A DNA stretch of 64,000 nt from Candidatus Sericytochromatia bacterium (GCA_036675505.1 JAKFEW010000041.1:8580-72579); one strand, 5' to 3'. Counted from the first letter of the stretch, positions 36,499-47,295 are shown. Program-made: numbers and translations. Notes: a model not told the origin generated them from the letters alone.

Positions 36499-37044
36499 TT
36501 ACCGTGGGGCGAGCCGGAAGTCGGCCAGCACCTTCTCGAACAGACAGCGCACGACCAGCCCGGCCCTGTAGCCCATGATGCCGTCCGCCGTGGACTGCAG
36601 CAACGCGCTCGGCACGAGCCGGAGCACGCCCGGCACCGGCACCTCGACCGTGACGGAGAACCCGAACTCGGCGGCCGTCGCGTCCGGCCGCGGTTCCGCG
36701 AGCCGCAGCTCGCCCTCGATGAAGCCCTTCACGACAGGATGGGGGCTCACGACCTTTTCGCGATCGAAATCGAGCGGCGCGAGCCGCATGTGATCGCCCT
36801 GCCAGGTCGCCTCGAGGCAGGCGGCCATCACCACCTCGTAGCCGAAGCCGCCCATCGGGTGGTGGGTCAGGAGGTACGTGCCCGGCCGCGCGAGCGGGCG
36901 GATGCCGTCGACGCTCTCGATCTTGCGCAAGAATGCGGGGACATCCCCGAAGTAAGTCTTCGCCGCGGCCGACCCGATCGGCAGCTCGGCGGCGGTGGCT
37001 CCCTGGCCCCGGACGATGATCACGTCGTGATGTCCTTCTGTCAT
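36499..37044 (-). CDS. Hypothetical protein (181 aa).
   Basis: Protein-like composition (MTEGHHDVIIVRGQG...). No confident family assignment. Confidence 0.4.
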   Translation of the reverse strand: MTEGHHDVIIVRGQGATAAELPIGSAAAKTYFGDVPAFLRKIESVDGIRPLARPGTYLLTHHPMGGFGYEVVMAACLEATWQGDHMRLAPLDFDREKVVSPHPVVKGFIEGELRLAEPRPDATAAEFGFSVTVEVPVPGVLRLVPSALLQSTADGIMGYRAGLVVRCLFEKVLADFRLAPR

Positions 37045-37176
37045 GGGCGCGCGGCGCGCCTTCCAGCCATATTGTTCCCGCCGACGCGCATTTCCAGCGG
37101 GTTACCCTCGCCTCGTCGTTGGAAGCCACGCCGGCCCGGGCTACGATCGCCCCATCGGACCACCGAGGAGGGCGCC

Positions 37177-37716
37177 ATGACACGGTTTTGGCTCAGCATG
37201 GCCGTGATGGCCATCGCCACCGGTTGCGCCCATGCGGCACCCAGCGCGCCACGGCTCGCGGCCCAGATCGCGAAGAACGCCGACATGCTCTTCGTGGTCT
37301 ACGATCGCAACCAGGATCACCGCCTCGATCCCGGCGAGGCGCTCCGCCTCGCGTTGATCGGCGAGGCGTTCGCGGTCGTCGACAAGGATGCCGACGGGGC
37401 GATCAGCCGCGCCGAGTTCCTCGCGCCGGCCCGCCTCACCGAGCTCGAGGACGCGTTCCGCGACTTCACCATCCGCTGGGTGGGGCTCTCGGACGCAGAC
37501 GGCGACGGGCGGCTCTCGCGGGCGGAGTACAACCAGGCGACGCTCGGGCCTGCGCCCGGGCTCGGCGCGATCCCGTTCCTCGACCCGGCCGGCGCGGCCT
37601 TCGCCGCGGCCGACGCGGACGCGGACGGCACGCTCGGGGCCGACGAGGCGCTCGTCCTTGTCGGCTGGCTGATCGAGAACGGCTGGCGCCTCGCGCCGCG
37701 CGGCGCCACCCCGTGA
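37177..37716 (+). CDS. EF-hand lipoprotein.
   Basis: Lipobox IATGCA. EF-hand loops are DRNQDHRLDPGE, DKDADGAISRAEF, DADGDGRLSRAEY and DADADGTLGADE. Confidence 0.65.
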   Translation: MTRFWLSMAVMAIATGCAHAAPSAPRLAAQIAKNADMLFVVYDRNQDHRLDPGEALRLALIGEAFAVVDKDADGAISRAEFLAPARLTELEDAFRDFTIRWVGLSDADGDGRLSRAEYNQATLGPAPGLGAIPFLDPAGAAFAAADADADGTLGADEALVLVGWLIENGWRLAPRGATP

Positions 37717-38008
37717 GCCGATCCCCCGCGCTGGGGATAAAACCGCCATGCCGACGAAGCGACTGCTCGCAACCACCTGCCTCCTCGCCGCTGGCCCGGT
37801 CTGTTAAGGCTTGTAATGTTACGCGGCCTTAACTTCGCCCGAATGCCGCGTCTTCATTCACGTCGAATGCCGGGAGGGTGTTTGTAACGGAAAATGAAGT
37901 GCCCGGGCTTCGTCCAGGCTGCCCAACTCGCCTCCTTGCGAGCGCGCCTATAGTGAGGGTGTGAGCAGCGCAGGCGCCCCCCCGCCCAGCGACGAGGAGA
38001 AGCCCCCG

Positions 38009-38185
38009 ATGAACCGCAAGATCATCCAATTCCCGACGGCCCCGAAGGCCCCCACCGCTTCCAGCGCCGCACGCGGCTCGAGCGCCGAGTTGGAGCGCGC
38101 GCTGTTCCTCGCCGAGGCCGAGTTCGCCTGGGAGACGGCCACGGTGCCGCAGGCCACCCAGGTCTCCGCGCGCACCCTGTATTGA
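38009..38185 (+). CDS. Small hypothetical protein (58 aa).
   Basis: Strong GC3 codon bias. An RBS (gaggaga) precedes the ATG. A terminator hairpin follows. Confidence 0.45.
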   Translation: MNRKIIQFPTAPKAPTASSAARGSSAELERALFLAEAEFAWETATVPQATQVSARTLY

Positions 38186-38224
38186 CGAGTTTTCCGGCCT
38201 CCTACCAATCTCCGATCTCCTGTC

Positions 38225-38264
38225 TGCCGCCGCCCCGGTTCCCGTAAGGGGGCCGGGGCGGCGG
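38225..38264. terminator. Bidirectional GC hairpin (gccgccgccccgg ... ccggggcggcggc).
   Basis: A 13-bp perfect stem lies between the convergent small ORF and the 38291-38998 gene. Confidence 0.5.
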
Positions 38265-38290
38265 CATGAAAATCAGGGAGAAGGTGATGG

Positions 38291-38998
38291 CTACTCGCGG
38301 TGCTTGGCGGCCGGCAGCACCCGGTCGAGCAGGCCGAGCTGGATGCCCAGGGCGCCGGCGGTGCCGATCGCCATCGTGCCGACCTCGCGGCCCACGGCCT
38401 TGGCCGCGAACGGGAACCGGCAGGCGGCGAGGCCGACCATCACGCCGGTCAGGACCTTGTGCTTCATCACGAAGCCCGACACGGGCTTCCAGACCCAGTC
38501 GTGCAGCGGGTTGGCGACGAACTTCGTGAAGCCGTCGGCGATCGGCTTGGCGGCCGCCTCGGGCAGCATTTCCTTGGTGACCTCCACGATCGCCGAGCCG
38601 AAGGTGCGGTCCCAGATGTCGTTCGCGACCATGCCGGCGGCGAAGCCCGCGGCGCCCACCAGGAAGGCGGGCAGGCCGACCGGGGCCAGGGCGGCCGCGG
38701 CGAGCGCGCCGCCGACCGTCCACATGCCGAAGCCCAGGGAGTTCGCGACCACGCGGCCGACGTACTCGTTGGCCTTGATTTCGCCCTTGCGGTACTTCTG
38801 GCTCTCGAAGATGCCTTCGATCGGCGCCGAGACCAACACGCCGGCCTTCACCTCGCGCACGAGCTCGTCACGCGAGATCTTCGCGCCGTGCGTGCCGACC
38901 ATGCGGCGGGCGCGATCGCCCACGGACGCCACAGGAGCGGCGGCGGGTGCGGTGCGAACGGTCGTCGTCGGGGTGATCGCCACGGGTGAAGCCTCCAA
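38291..38998 (-). CDS. Hypothetical protein with hydrophobic segments.
   Basis: The ORF has coding-like composition (GGALAAAALAPVGLPAFLVGAAGFAAGMV). The start is uncertain. Confidence 0.4.
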   Translation of the reverse strand: MEASPVAITPTTTVRTAPAAAPVASVGDRARRMVGTHGAKISRDELVREVKAGVLVSAPIEGIFESQKYRKGEIKANEYVGRVVANSLGFGMWTVGGALAAAALAPVGLPAFLVGAAGFAAGMVANDIWDRTFGSAIVEVTKEMLPEAAAKPIADGFTKFVANPLHDWVWKPVSGFVMKHKVLTGVMVGLAACRFPFAAKAVGREVGTMAIGTAGALGIQLGLLDRVLPAAKHRE

Positions 38999-39081
38999 AG
39001 GGGGACACCAAGGCTATCGCCCCCGGCCGCGGCCAGGTTGCGTTAACGCACCGTAATTTAACTAGGACTTCACCGCTGGGA

Positions 39082-40146
39082 TCAGGCCGGCGGCTTCATC
39101 ACCGTCTTGCCGGTGTTCAAGAAGTTCACGAGCAGCTCGGTCAGCTGGTCGACGGCGCCGGGCGCCTTGTTCTGGCGGCGGTCGATCATCGCATGCGGCA
39201 CGCCGGCTTCCTTCTCGAAGTGGAACCAGCCGTTCTCCTTCGCGCCGCCCGTGCGGTTGAAGTACTTGCGCACGAAGCCCTCGCCGGCGAGGCTGTCGCC
39301 CTCGGTGGTGATGAACTGGACCGGCGCCTTGATGTCGTGGATCTTCACGCCCACGTCGCGCATCGCGAGCGCCGCGCCGTAGGACGGCTGGTTGTGCGGC
39401 ATCGCGTTGGTCGCGACCGCCAGGCCGTTCTTGCCCTTCGGGACCCGGTCGAGCAGCTTGCCGAACGCGCCGAAGGTGGCCTTGTCGAGGCCCGCGAGGA
39501 TCTTGAACACCCAGCCCAGGGCGCCATCCGCGCCGAGGAACGGGGCCATGTCGAAGACGCCCTTCACCTGCGGGTACATCTCGGCGGTGCGCAGCGCGAG
39601 GTTCGCGCCGCCCGAGAGGCCGGCCACCCAGACCGGCTGGCCGAGGGCTTCGGCTTCGGCGAAGCGGGCTTTCACGAACTCGTCGTACTTGTGGCGCTTC
39701 GCGGCAGAGATGAAGTGCTCGCCCGTGATCTGACCATCCGGCCGTGCGAAGCCGTGGCCGGGCATCCGCGGGGCGTAGACGTTGTAACCTTCCTTTTGGA
39801 GCCGCTTGGCGAGCTCCTCGTACTGCCAGGGACCGGCCGTGAAGCCGTGGAACAGCATCACCGTGCCCTTCGCGTCGGGGCGGTGCAGGAACAGCGACTC
39901 GGCGTGGGCCTGGAGCCGCACCTTGCCCTTGGCGTTGGCCGACTGCAGCAGCTTCTCCGTGGCGATGCGCTTCTCGATGCGCGTCGCGGCTGCCACGTAA
40001 CCGTCCTTCGCCGCGACCTTCGCGACGTCGCGCGTGACGATCGCGGTGGCATCCTTCACGGCAGCCTTCGCGACGACCTCGCGGCCCTCGGCGACGAAGG
40101 TCTTGCGGGCCTGGGCGGTGGCGCGGCGGGTGAGGGTTTCCAGCAT
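39082..40146 (-). CDS. Alpha/beta-hydrolase fold protein.
   Basis: A nucleophile elbow is present (GLSGG) with an HGF region upstream. The N-terminal region has a PHA-granule/phasin-like Ala/Lys-rich extension. Confidence 0.65.
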   Translation of the reverse strand: MLETLTRRATAQARKTFVAEGREVVAKAAVKDATAIVTRDVAKVAAKDGYVAAATRIEKRIATEKLLQSANAKGKVRLQAHAESLFLHRPDAKGTVMLFHGFTAGPWQYEELAKRLQKEGYNVYAPRMPGHGFARPDGQITGEHFISAAKRHKYDEFVKARFAEAEALGQPVWVAGLSGGANLALRTAEMYPQVKGVFDMAPFLGADGALGWVFKILAGLDKATFGAFGKLLDRVPKGKNGLAVATNAMPHNQPSYGAALAMRDVGVKIHDIKAPVQFITTEGDSLAGEGFVRKYFNRTGGAKENGWFHFEKEAGVPHAMIDRRQNKAPGAVDQLTELLVNFLNTGKTVMKPPA

Positions 40147-40249
40147 GGGGCGACTCCGAGTTGACGGTGCATTGACACCGCTCTTGTCGCCGTCCGCGCG
40201 ATCGCCCTTGCGGATTCCGTCAATTCTTACCCCGGCCTTTACCGGGATT

Positions 40250-42190
40250 TCAGGTTTCCGCGCGCTGGCGCATCTCGTGGATGAAGCGCGAGGGCGTCAC
40301 GTCCTTGGCGCTGCCGAAGCGCTGGCGCTCGCGGCCGTAGCTCAGGTGCAGGTACTTGCGCGCGCGCGTGATCGCGACGTAGCAAAGCCTACGCTCTTCG
40401 GCGAGGTCGCCGTCGTCGAGCGCGGTCTGGTAAGGCAGGATGCCCTCTTCCAGGCCGACGACGAAGACCGCGTCCCACTCGAGGCCCTTGCTCGCGTGGA
40501 TCGTCATGATCTCGACGGCGCCCGTGCGCTTGTTGGCCTTGGGCGGCTTGGTGGCCGCATCGATGCGCGCGAAGAGGTCGCGCACGTCCTTGGGCTCCCA
40601 ACGCTTGATCTGCGCGTGCATGGCGGCCAGGCAATCCAGCTTCTGGGCCGACTCTTTTCCCTTGCCCTTCTCGAGCTTCGTCTTGTACTGGGTCTGGCTG
40701 ATGATCTGGTAGTAGAGGTCCGCCACGGGCCCCTGGAACCGTTGCCAGCCGTGGATCATGGCGAGCACGTGCTTCACGAGGCCCTTCTGCGCGAGCGTCG
40801 GCAGCGGGATGTCGTCGACCTGGTGGGCCACCGAGACGAAGTCCGTCTGCTGGCGCTCGCTCTCGACCTTGAGCATCGCGAGCGCTTCGCGCGCGAGGCC
40901 GAGCTTGGCGAGCAGCTTCTCGAGCGCGAGGTCCGCGAGCGCGTGGCGGCCCCGGATCGAGAGGCGCATGTACGAGAGCGTCTCGGCGATTTCGGCCTGC
41001 TCGTAGAAGCTGCCGCTCTTCTTCACGGTGAACGGGATCTCGCGCTGGGTGAGCGCGTCGAGCAGCGGCATGCCCTGCGCGTGCGTGCGGATGAGGATCG
41101 CGATCTCATCCGGGATCGTGCCGTTCTTGATCAGCTCCTTGATGCGATCGCCCACCTCCTCGGCCTCGACGAAGTTGTCCTGGAACTGGCACGAATGCAC
41201 GCTCTTCGGATCGCCGCGGCGCGAGGCCTTGATCGTCTTGTCGATCCGGCCGGCGTTGTGGGTGATCAGCGCGTTCGCCAGGTCCACGATCTGCGGCGTG
41301 GAGCGGTAATTCGTCTCGAGGAAGAGCTCCGTGGTGCCCGGGTAGTCCTTCTTGAAGTTCAGGATGTTGTTGAGGTCCGCGGCGCGGAAGCCGTAGATGC
41401 CTTGCGCGTCGTCGCCGACCGCGAAGATGTTGTTGCGCGGGCGCGCGAGCAGCCGCAGCAGCTCGTACTGCGCGCGGTTGGTGTCCTGGTACTCGTCGAC
41501 CAACACGTGGGTGTAGCGGTCTTGCACGGCCCGGGCGATCGCCGGCTGCTCCTCCAGCAGCCGCACCGCGAGGCCGATCTGATCGTCGAAGTCCATCAGG
41601 TTCTGGCGCACCAGGCGCTTCTGGTAGGCGCCGTAGAGGTGGGCGTAGCGCACCTCTTCTTCGTCCGACGAGTGCCGCTTGATCGCGTCCGCGCTCACGA
41701 GCATGCACTTCGCGCGCGAGATGAACATCGCGAGCTGGTCCCACTTGATGTCGGCCATGCTGTTCTCGCGCGCGAGCAGCTCGAACAGCGTGCGCTGGAC
41801 CGGCGGCGTGACGAGCGCGGGGGCCTTGGGCGTCTGGAAGCCGAGCTTGTCGTAGTGGCCGTCGAGCAGGCGCAGGCAGATCGAGTGGAACGTGCCGATC
41901 GTGATCTGGTCCGCCGTCGACTTGGCGCCCACGGCCTTCGTGACCCGCTCGGCCATCTCGGTCGCGGCCTTCTTGGTGAAGGTCACGGCCATGACCGCGT
42001 CGGGCCGGACGCCCTGCTGGAGCATGTAGCCGATGCGGTTGGTCAGCACCGTGGTCTTGCCCGAGCCGGGCGCCGCGACGACCAGCACCGGGCCGTCGAG
42101 CTGCATCACGGCGCGCTTCTGCTCGGGGTTGAGGCCCATGAGCAGGGGATTCGCCCCGGCGGAGCCGGCGAGCAGGGACAGCTGGGACAT
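40250..42190 (-). CDS. UvrD/Rep/PcrA-family superfamily-1 DNA helicase.
   Basis: Start MSQLSLL at 42190. Motif I is AAPGSGKTTVLTNR and motif II is VLVDEYQDTN. Further 3'-5' helicase motifs are present. Confidence 0.8.
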   Translation of the reverse strand: MSQLSLLAGSAGANPLLMGLNPEQKRAVMQLDGPVLVVAAPGSGKTTVLTNRIGYMLQQGVRPDAVMAVTFTKKAATEMAERVTKAVGAKSTADQITIGTFHSICLRLLDGHYDKLGFQTPKAPALVTPPVQRTLFELLARENSMADIKWDQLAMFISRAKCMLVSADAIKRHSSDEEEVRYAHLYGAYQKRLVRQNLMDFDDQIGLAVRLLEEQPAIARAVQDRYTHVLVDEYQDTNRAQYELLRLLARPRNNIFAVGDDAQGIYGFRAADLNNILNFKKDYPGTTELFLETNYRSTPQIVDLANALITHNAGRIDKTIKASRRGDPKSVHSCQFQDNFVEAEEVGDRIKELIKNGTIPDEIAILIRTHAQGMPLLDALTQREIPFTVKKSGSFYEQAEIAETLSYMRLSIRGRHALADLALEKLLAKLGLAREALAMLKVESERQQTDFVSVAHQVDDIPLPTLAQKGLVKHVLAMIHGWQRFQGPVADLYYQIISQTQYKTKLEKGKGKESAQKLDCLAAMHAQIKRWEPKDVRDLFARIDAATKPPKANKRTGAVEIMTIHASKGLEWDAVFVVGLEEGILPYQTALDDGDLAEERRLCYVAITRARKYLHLSYGRERQRFGSAKDVTPSRFIHEMRQRAET

Positions 42191-42377
42191 GCGGACGGAC
42201 CTTCCGGCGGGGAAGCGGGCTGAGAACCTCATTATAACAGGCTCTCGGCCATTTCGTCGATCCGCTGGCGGGCCGCGGCCTGCGGGCCGCCGAGCGGTGG
42301 TTCGCACGTCAAGCGCTCATTGAGCGAACTTTTCATCGCGCGCAAGATGGCCTCAGACGAAGTGAGGAGAAATCGCC

Positions 42378-44003
42378 ATGAAATCCGCCACAAGCCTTCG
42401 CTTGCGCCTCGGATTGGGGCTGGGCATCGTGTTGCCGCTCGCGATCACCAACTGCGGGCGACCGGTCCCGACCGCCAGCGAGGGGAGCGGCCCGGTCGAA
42501 GCCCCGGTCGCGGCCACGGCCGCGGCCGCCAGCGCCCTCTGGACGCGGGCCTTCGACGTCGATCCGTTCCACGGCGCGGCGTTCCCGAGCGTCGAGGAGC
42601 TGACGACGATGGACGCCGTGCCCTTCGTGGCCGACATCACGGCCGTGTCGCACGACCTCGCGTCAGGCCAGACGCGGGTCACGCTTCGGCTCGGCGCGAA
42701 GGGCGTCGACGTGGCGGATTTCCGGTTCGAGGCCGGCACGGCGCTCTCGCCCCAGGTCGAGGACGTCGTTCTGGGCGAATTTGCGGCCGCGGGGCCGGAC
42801 CGGACGGTCGAGCTGACCTTCCCGAACCCGGCCGGGGCGTCGTTCACCCTGAACCTCGCGTTCACCGGCGCTGCCGCGTCCCGCTCGCCCCGTTACCGGC
42901 TGGCGGCGACGCCGATCGGCGCGACGGCCAGCAGCAGCCTGTCGGGCTTCGGGCCCGCCCGCGCGGTGGATGCGAACCTCGCCACCGAGTGGGCCAGCGG
43001 CGGCTACCGCGAGGCGCAGGCGACCCTGACGCTCGATCTGGGAGCGCGCCAGGCGATCGCCCAGCTGAGAACCAAGCAGGCGCCTTTGAGCGGCAGCGGC
43101 GCTTACTACCAGCTGGAGGTCTCCGACGACGGCACCTCCTTCACGGTGGTGTCGGGCCAGCTCCGCAACGCCACCTGGGGCATGGAGACCCGCACGCTGC
43201 CGGCGGGGACGGCCGGCCGCTACCTGCGGCTCCACTTCTTCAACGCCGCCGTGAACCCGGCCGCGCGGTTCAGCGTCTTCGAGAACGACGTCACCGGCGG
43301 CGGCGCCGCGCCGTCGCCGGCCCCGTCGACGACGCCCACGCCCGCGCCGAGTGCCTCACCGACCCCCACGGGCGGTGGCCTGGTCGAGAGCTTCGAGTCC
43401 TACGGCGTGGGCACCCACCCCGGCAGCTTCGTCGATCCGATCGACGAGGGCTACAGCTACAGCTGGATGCCGCGCGTGAGCTGGCGCATCACGTCCTTGA
43501 ACGGCTCGAAGCAGTTCCTGCATGACGGCCTGAACACCCGTGCCGTGTTGAGCTTCCGGCGCTACCGCGGCGGGGCGCTCGGCAGCAACGGCCAGCTCCC
43601 CAACCGGTACTTCGCGGAGGTGCGGGTCACGCCGATCCGTAGCTACACCTACAGCCCGGTGGGCGACCAGGGCACCCAGGTCTTTTACTTGAACCCCACG
43701 AACTACGTGGAGGTGCTGATCAAGCAAAACGTCTTCGAGGTGTGGCAGGCCACCAACGCCCAGCCCTTCTCGTCGGCCGGCTGGCAGCGGCTTTTCGTCC
43801 TGAACACCTCGACCGCCGCGAACCAGGCCCGCTGGCTCGGCGCCGAGATCGACCTCGGCGCGGGCACGCTGGTCGCCTACCTGGACCGCGTGCGCCGCAC
43901 GTCCGTCCGCGCATCGCAGCTGACGCCGCGCACGCACTTCCTGGCGCTGCGCGGCACGGGCAACGTCGTGGCGCACGACGACCTGCGCATCGCGCCGCGG
44001 TGA
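42378..44003 (+). CDS. Lipoprotein with an F5/8 type C (discoidin) domain and a C-terminal domain of unknown function.
   Basis: Lipobox ITNCG. The discoidin-like segment is AVDANLATEWASGGYREAQATLTLDLG...RYLRLHF, followed by a PT linker. Confidence 0.6.
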   Translation: MKSATSLRLRLGLGLGIVLPLAITNCGRPVPTASEGSGPVEAPVAATAAAASALWTRAFDVDPFHGAAFPSVEELTTMDAVPFVADITAVSHDLASGQTRVTLRLGAKGVDVADFRFEAGTALSPQVEDVVLGEFAAAGPDRTVELTFPNPAGASFTLNLAFTGAAASRSPRYRLAATPIGATASSSLSGFGPARAVDANLATEWASGGYREAQATLTLDLGARQAIAQLRTKQAPLSGSGAYYQLEVSDDGTSFTVVSGQLRNATWGMETRTLPAGTAGRYLRLHFFNAAVNPAARFSVFENDVTGGGAAPSPAPSTTPTPAPSASPTPTGGGLVESFESYGVGTHPGSFVDPIDEGYSYSWMPRVSWRITSLNGSKQFLHDGLNTRAVLSFRRYRGGALGSNGQLPNRYFAEVRVTPIRSYTYSPVGDQGTQVFYLNPTNYVEVLIKQNVFEVWQATNAQPFSSAGWQRLFVLNTSTAANQARWLGAEIDLGAGTLVAYLDRVRRTSVRASQLTPRTHFLALRGTGNVVAHDDLRIAPR

Positions 44004-44073
44004 AGCGGGCGGCGCGCCCGACGCCGCCGCCTGGCCCGCGCGGGCCAGGCGGCGGTGAGCTGCCATGGTGTTG

Positions 44074-45462
44074 CTACGGCGTCGCCGCGACGGTCAGGTC
44101 GTATGTCACGTCCAGCGTGAACGTGCCACGCGTGCCGGTGAATCGGATGACGTGCTCGCCTGCTGGAAGCGGCGGCACGAAGACGTAGTAGCCGGAGGCC
44201 TGACCTTGGAGCTGGCTGGTGTCGTCGCGCCAGCAGTTGTTGACCAGCCCCGCGCCCGGGATCAGCTCGGTGGGATCGTCGACCGCGCAGCCCACCGCCA
44301 GCTGCGTGCCGGGCAGCAGCGGCGACTCGAAGATCGGCGAGATCGAGTAGAAGCGCAGCACCTCGTCCTGGCCGATGGTCTGGCCGTCGATCGTCAGGCC
44401 GAGGCCCGAGGCAGTGGTGGCGCCCGTGTCGTCGAGGTAGGTCGTGAGGCCCTCGAACGTAGCTTGCGTGAGCGGATATGTCAGCGGGTCGCCCGGAAAC
44501 GGGCTGATCAACTCGCCGGTCGCCACGCGGCGATCTTCGGCATAGGCGCGGTTCAGGATCGGGAAGAACAGCGCCGTGCCCACAGGCACCGTGCCGGATC
44601 GCGTGTAGGTTCCGCCGGCGAAGGCGCCGCCGAGGAACCAGACGTCGCCCGTCTGCCCGCTGGCGAGATCGACGGCGCCGGTCTGGCTCAATGGGTGCGT
44701 GGCGTCCGGTTGGGCCCAGGCCCACTGCCACCAGGACGCGTTCCATTCGGCGTAGGTCCGGCCGTTAGGCGCCGAGTCCGGCGCCGCGATCGGTAGCGCT
44801 GGCGCCGTGGACGGCGAGGCGCTCGGCGAGGGCGTTGCGGACGGCGGAGCCGTCGGGCTCGTGCTGGGCGTCGGCGTGGGGGCGACGGTCGGCGATGGCG
44901 AAGGCGCCGGGCCTTCGAAGACATGGGCTTCACAGACGAGCAAGCCGTCCGCGCCGCCCGAGTCGAAGGTGAACACGAGCGTGCCGGTGCTCGTCGCCGG
45001 GACCGGCACGCTGACGGGCGTCGTTTCGGGCGGCGACCAGTCCGTGAGGATCGTCGTCGACGTGCCGTCCGCGGCGATCGCCGCGACGCTGACCTTCACG
45101 CGGGCGTTGTCGGGCGACGACGTACCGCCCAGGCTCAGCTTGACCCCGACGCCCACGACGCTCGCCGCGCGTCCGAGATTGAGGGTCAGGGTTTGGGCGT
45201 CATCATCCGCCGCGGGCCCCCAGGCCGAGGTGAGGACCCCGTCGATCGCGTTGCCTGCTGCGAACCAGGTCGCGTTCCGCGTGGAGCTGGCCGTGACGCC
45301 CGCGACGTCGACGAGCGACGCGCCGGGCACGTCCATCAAGGCGTAAACCGCTTCGCCGCGCCCCGCCGCGGGCGGGTCGCCGGGGCCGGTCGTGGGTCGC
45401 GTGGCGCAACCGACGAGCACGAGGCCTGCGATCAGAGCGATGAATCGCCGTTCACGTAGCAT
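44074..45462 (-). CDS. Lipoprotein with a discoidin-like domain, a PT-rich linker and a C-terminal beta-rich domain.
   Basis: Lipobox LVGCA. GNAIDGVLTSAWGPAADDDAQTLTLNLG is discoidin-like. The linker is PSPSPTVAPTPTPSTSPT. Confidence 0.6.
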   Translation of the reverse strand: MLRERRFIALIAGLVLVGCATRPTTGPGDPPAAGRGEAVYALMDVPGASLVDVAGVTASSTRNATWFAAGNAIDGVLTSAWGPAADDDAQTLTLNLGRAASVVGVGVKLSLGGTSSPDNARVKVSVAAIAADGTSTTILTDWSPPETTPVSVPVPATSTGTLVFTFDSGGADGLLVCEAHVFEGPAPSPSPTVAPTPTPSTSPTAPPSATPSPSASPSTAPALPIAAPDSAPNGRTYAEWNASWWQWAWAQPDATHPLSQTGAVDLASGQTGDVWFLGGAFAGGTYTRSGTVPVGTALFFPILNRAYAEDRRVATGELISPFPGDPLTYPLTQATFEGLTTYLDDTGATTASGLGLTIDGQTIGQDEVLRFYSISPIFESPLLPGTQLAVGCAVDDPTELIPGAGLVNNCWRDDTSQLQGQASGYYVFVPPLPAGEHVIRFTGTRGTFTLDVTYDLTVAATP

Positions 45463-45627
45463 ACGAACCTCCCTTCCGGTTCGGACACCGTCTTGCGGTC
45501 CGAACTTTCGAGGAAATCGTATAAGTAATTCGTTGACTATGTTGACATGATTTCAAGTCAGCATTGTTGGATCAATACTGACGGCGCTCAGGGGCTCGCG
45601 TCGGGCCCTGCAGATTCGTCCGGATCG

Positions 45628-47295
45628 TCACGGTCCGTAGGCCCTAGCCGCGGCCTCCGCCCACAGCCGCTGGATCGAGCGTTGGCCCGCCGCCGTCGGG
45701 TGGACCTTGTCGTACTGGAGCTCCTCGGGGTGGTTCTTGAACCACGTGTAGAGGTCAGGGCCCGGCAGTAGGTGGTTGGCGGCGGTCAACTCGTCGATGG
45801 CCGTGACGTAGGCGAAGAGGTTCCAGTTGAGGTTCCAGGGCACGCGGGCGAGCACGGGCGTGCGGCCAGACGACCGGATCGCGTCGATCATCGCCTGCAC
45901 CTGGGCCTTGAACGTGGCGACCGGCACCACCTTCCATGCGTCATTGGTGCCGAAGGCCAGCCCCACGAAGCTCCCCGCCGGCGTGAGCGGCAAGCCCACG
46001 GCGAGCTTCTGCTGCCCGTCGGACGCCTTGTCGCCGCCCGTGCCGGCGCCGACCACGATCGGCGAACGGCCGGGCACGAGGCTCGCCACCGTCGGGGAGA
46101 ACACGTTGGCCGCGCCCGGGTGGAACGCCAGGGCCGTGATGCTGTCGCCCAGGATCAGCCAGCTGTCCATGCGGGCGGCGCTGGTCGAGCGGTGGACCTC
46201 CAGCTCGCGGAGCTGCGGCTTGTATTGCCACTGGCCGCTGATCGCCAGGCGGATCCAGCGGGCGCCGGGCGCCGTCGCGGTGTCGACGCGCGAACGCACT
46301 GGGTTGTCGCGGATCGCGGCGACGGTGGTCCAGGTGCCGTTGCGGCCGTCGCTCGAGTCGGCGGACGCCTCCACCGTGTAGTGGCGCGGGACGTTGGTGC
46401 GCTCCAGGTAATAGTTGCTGCTGGCATGCCAGAGCACCGCCAGGGTGCCGCTGGCCGGCTCGGCGAGCGGCACCGCCACCCACTGGGGCAGGCCGCCCCA
46501 GGGCTCCCAGAAGGTCCCGGGCAGCCCGTCGGCGGCCGCCGTGGCGTTGCCGCTGCTCGCGCGGGCGCTGCCGGCCAGAGACAGGCGTTCCAGGGGCGGG
46601 GGCGGTGATGAGCCGGGCGGCGTCGGCGGGGCGGAGGGCATGGGCGTCGGCGTGGCCCCTGGCGTGGGCGTGGGGCCCACCGGCGACGCGGTGGTAGATG
46701 GCAGGGGCGCCGGGGAGCCCGCGGCCGTGCCGGTGACTGTCAGCTCGAAGACCGCGAAGTGGGCGGCCGGGGTGGTCGGGCTGTTGCGCCAGAACACACG
46801 CACGAGGCGCCCGGTCGTCCCGGCGGGGAGCGTCTTGGTCTCCATCCCCCAGGTGGTGTTGCGCTGGTTGGCGAGCGCCGTGGTCCAGCTGGCACCGGTG
46901 CTGGACACTTGCACGTCGTACGAGGCACCGGCGGGCGTCGGCCCGGTCTTGAGCGCCACACCGGCGAGGGTGGCCGCCAGGCCCAGGTCCACGGCAGCCC
47001 AGCTCGTCGCTGGCTTGTAGGGCCCGTTGATCCACTCGGTGGCCTGGTTGCCGTCTGCCAGGCGAGCGGGCGGGTAGCCCGCCGTGGCGCTGTCGGTGTT
47101 CACGGCCAGGATCGGCAGGGGCCCGGCGGCCAACAGGCGGAAGCGCCCGCCACCCGCCTGGCCGCCGGGCTGAGGTAGGCTGACCCGCGCCTCGCCGGCG
47201 TGAACCGCTTCCACCGGCACGGTCGGTGGCTCGACCTCGCCACAGGCTGCCAGCGTCACCATGGCGAGCGGCCACCAACGCCCGCGGCGTATCAT
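45628..47295 (-). CDS. Lipoprotein with two discoidin-like domains and a C-terminal SGNH/GDSL hydrolase domain.
   Basis: LADGNQATEWINGPY...FAVFELTV is discoidin-like. The SGNH block I is LILGDSITA and block V is GTNDAW. Confidence 0.65.
   Translation of the reverse strand: MIRRGRWWPLAMVTLAACGEVEPPTVPVEAVHAGEARVSLPQPGGQAGGGRFRLLAAGPLPILAVNTDSATAGYPPARLADGNQATEWINGPYKPATSWAAVDLGLAATLAGVALKTGPTPAGASYDVQVSSTGASWTTALANQRNTTWGMETKTLPAGTTGRLVRVFWRNSPTTPAAHFAVFELTVTGTAAGSPAPLPSTTASPVGPTPTPGATPTPMPSAPPTPPGSSPPPPLERLSLAGSARASSGNATAAADGLPGTFWEPWGGLPQWVAVPLAEPASGTLAVLWHASSNYYLERTNVPRHYTVEASADSSDGRNGTWTTVAAIRDNPVRSRVDTATAPGARWIRLAISGQWQYKPQLRELEVHRSTSAARMDSWLILGDSITALAFHPGAANVFSPTVASLVPGRSPIVVGAGTGGDKASDGQQKLAVGLPLTPAGSFVGLAFGTNDAWKVVPVATFKAQVQAMIDAIRSSGRTPVLARVPWNLNWNLFAYVTAIDELTAANHLLPGPDLYTWFKNHPEELQYDKVHPTAAGQRSIQRLWAEAAARAYGP

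Noticed and set aside
36476-37183. 235-aa minus-strand ORF in an alternative frame.
   Set aside because: Extremely Arg/Gly-rich. The 36499-37044 frame has protein-like composition and was preferred, though its function is unknown.
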